Assembly (NCBI GenBank): GCA_021161775.1
Contig: JAGGZY010000050.1
Location: 1-46,872 of the forward strand
Length of the DNA: 46,872 bases
From: Dehalococcoidales bacterium
Lineage (GTDB): Bacteria; Chloroflexota; Dehalococcoidia; Dehalococcoidales; UBA5760
Direction of reading: 5' to 3'
In this document: piece after piece, positions 46,764-46,872 of the stretch
Layout of the letters: every line of letters starts with the position of its first letter
How positions within the stretch are numbered: position 1 is the stretch's first letter
Translations under genes and position numbers: made by a program
Notes under the pieces: generated by a model
What the model saw: only the letters and a program-made list of their open reading frames with translations
Databases searched by the model: none
What the model was told of the DNA's origin: nothing

Positions 46764-46872
46764 TTTTCGTTCCTTCCCTAGATTGATGAACGACCCTATT
46801 ATACCCCATCGCTACATACGTTCACTTTTAGGGGAGAAGCCACCTTTGGTTAAACGGGGGCCTTCTACAAAA

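Noticed and set aside
1-46872. tRNA, rRNA or IS elements
   Set aside because: No cloverleaf/T-loop signatures, rRNA-like sequence or transposase ORFs were recognised by eye.

Overview
Chromosomal segment of a bacterium that by gene content is most likely Chloroflexota/Dehalococcoidia (purS-purL fusion, bacterial Elp3, Gram-positive-type LexA-like boxes, no cell-wall lysis gene). Left arm: purL (truncated), YqeY, an XRE regulator with twin operators, two orphan response regulators, a small Zn-finger ORF and a SipW/TasA pilus operon. Centre (9.8-26.5 kb): a phage-derived head/short-tail cluster (portal, scaffold, capsid, adaptor, LamG, tail-like protein, holin-like ORFs) plus a separate terS-terL operon. 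No integrase, replication or endolysin genes are visible, and both operons share an 18-bp LexA-like box over their promoters. This is the best candidate for a novel system: an SOS-controlled, gene-transfer-agent (GTA)-like module. Two IPT/TIG surface proteins and an acs-satP acetate cassette, bracketed by a ~105-bp degenerate direct repeat, lie between the two operons. Right arm is mostly housekeeping: Zn-ribbon protein, RNase H, RNase P RNA, ADP-forming acyl-CoA synthetase, frameshifted VLRF1-like gene with mutS2, S41 protease, divergent Elp3 and Trm9-like methyltransferase, fab/plsX cluster with a HadAB-like MaoC pair, rimI, ECF sigma/anti-sigma, SIMPL and ruvB. All calls come from reading the sequence; no database searches were run.
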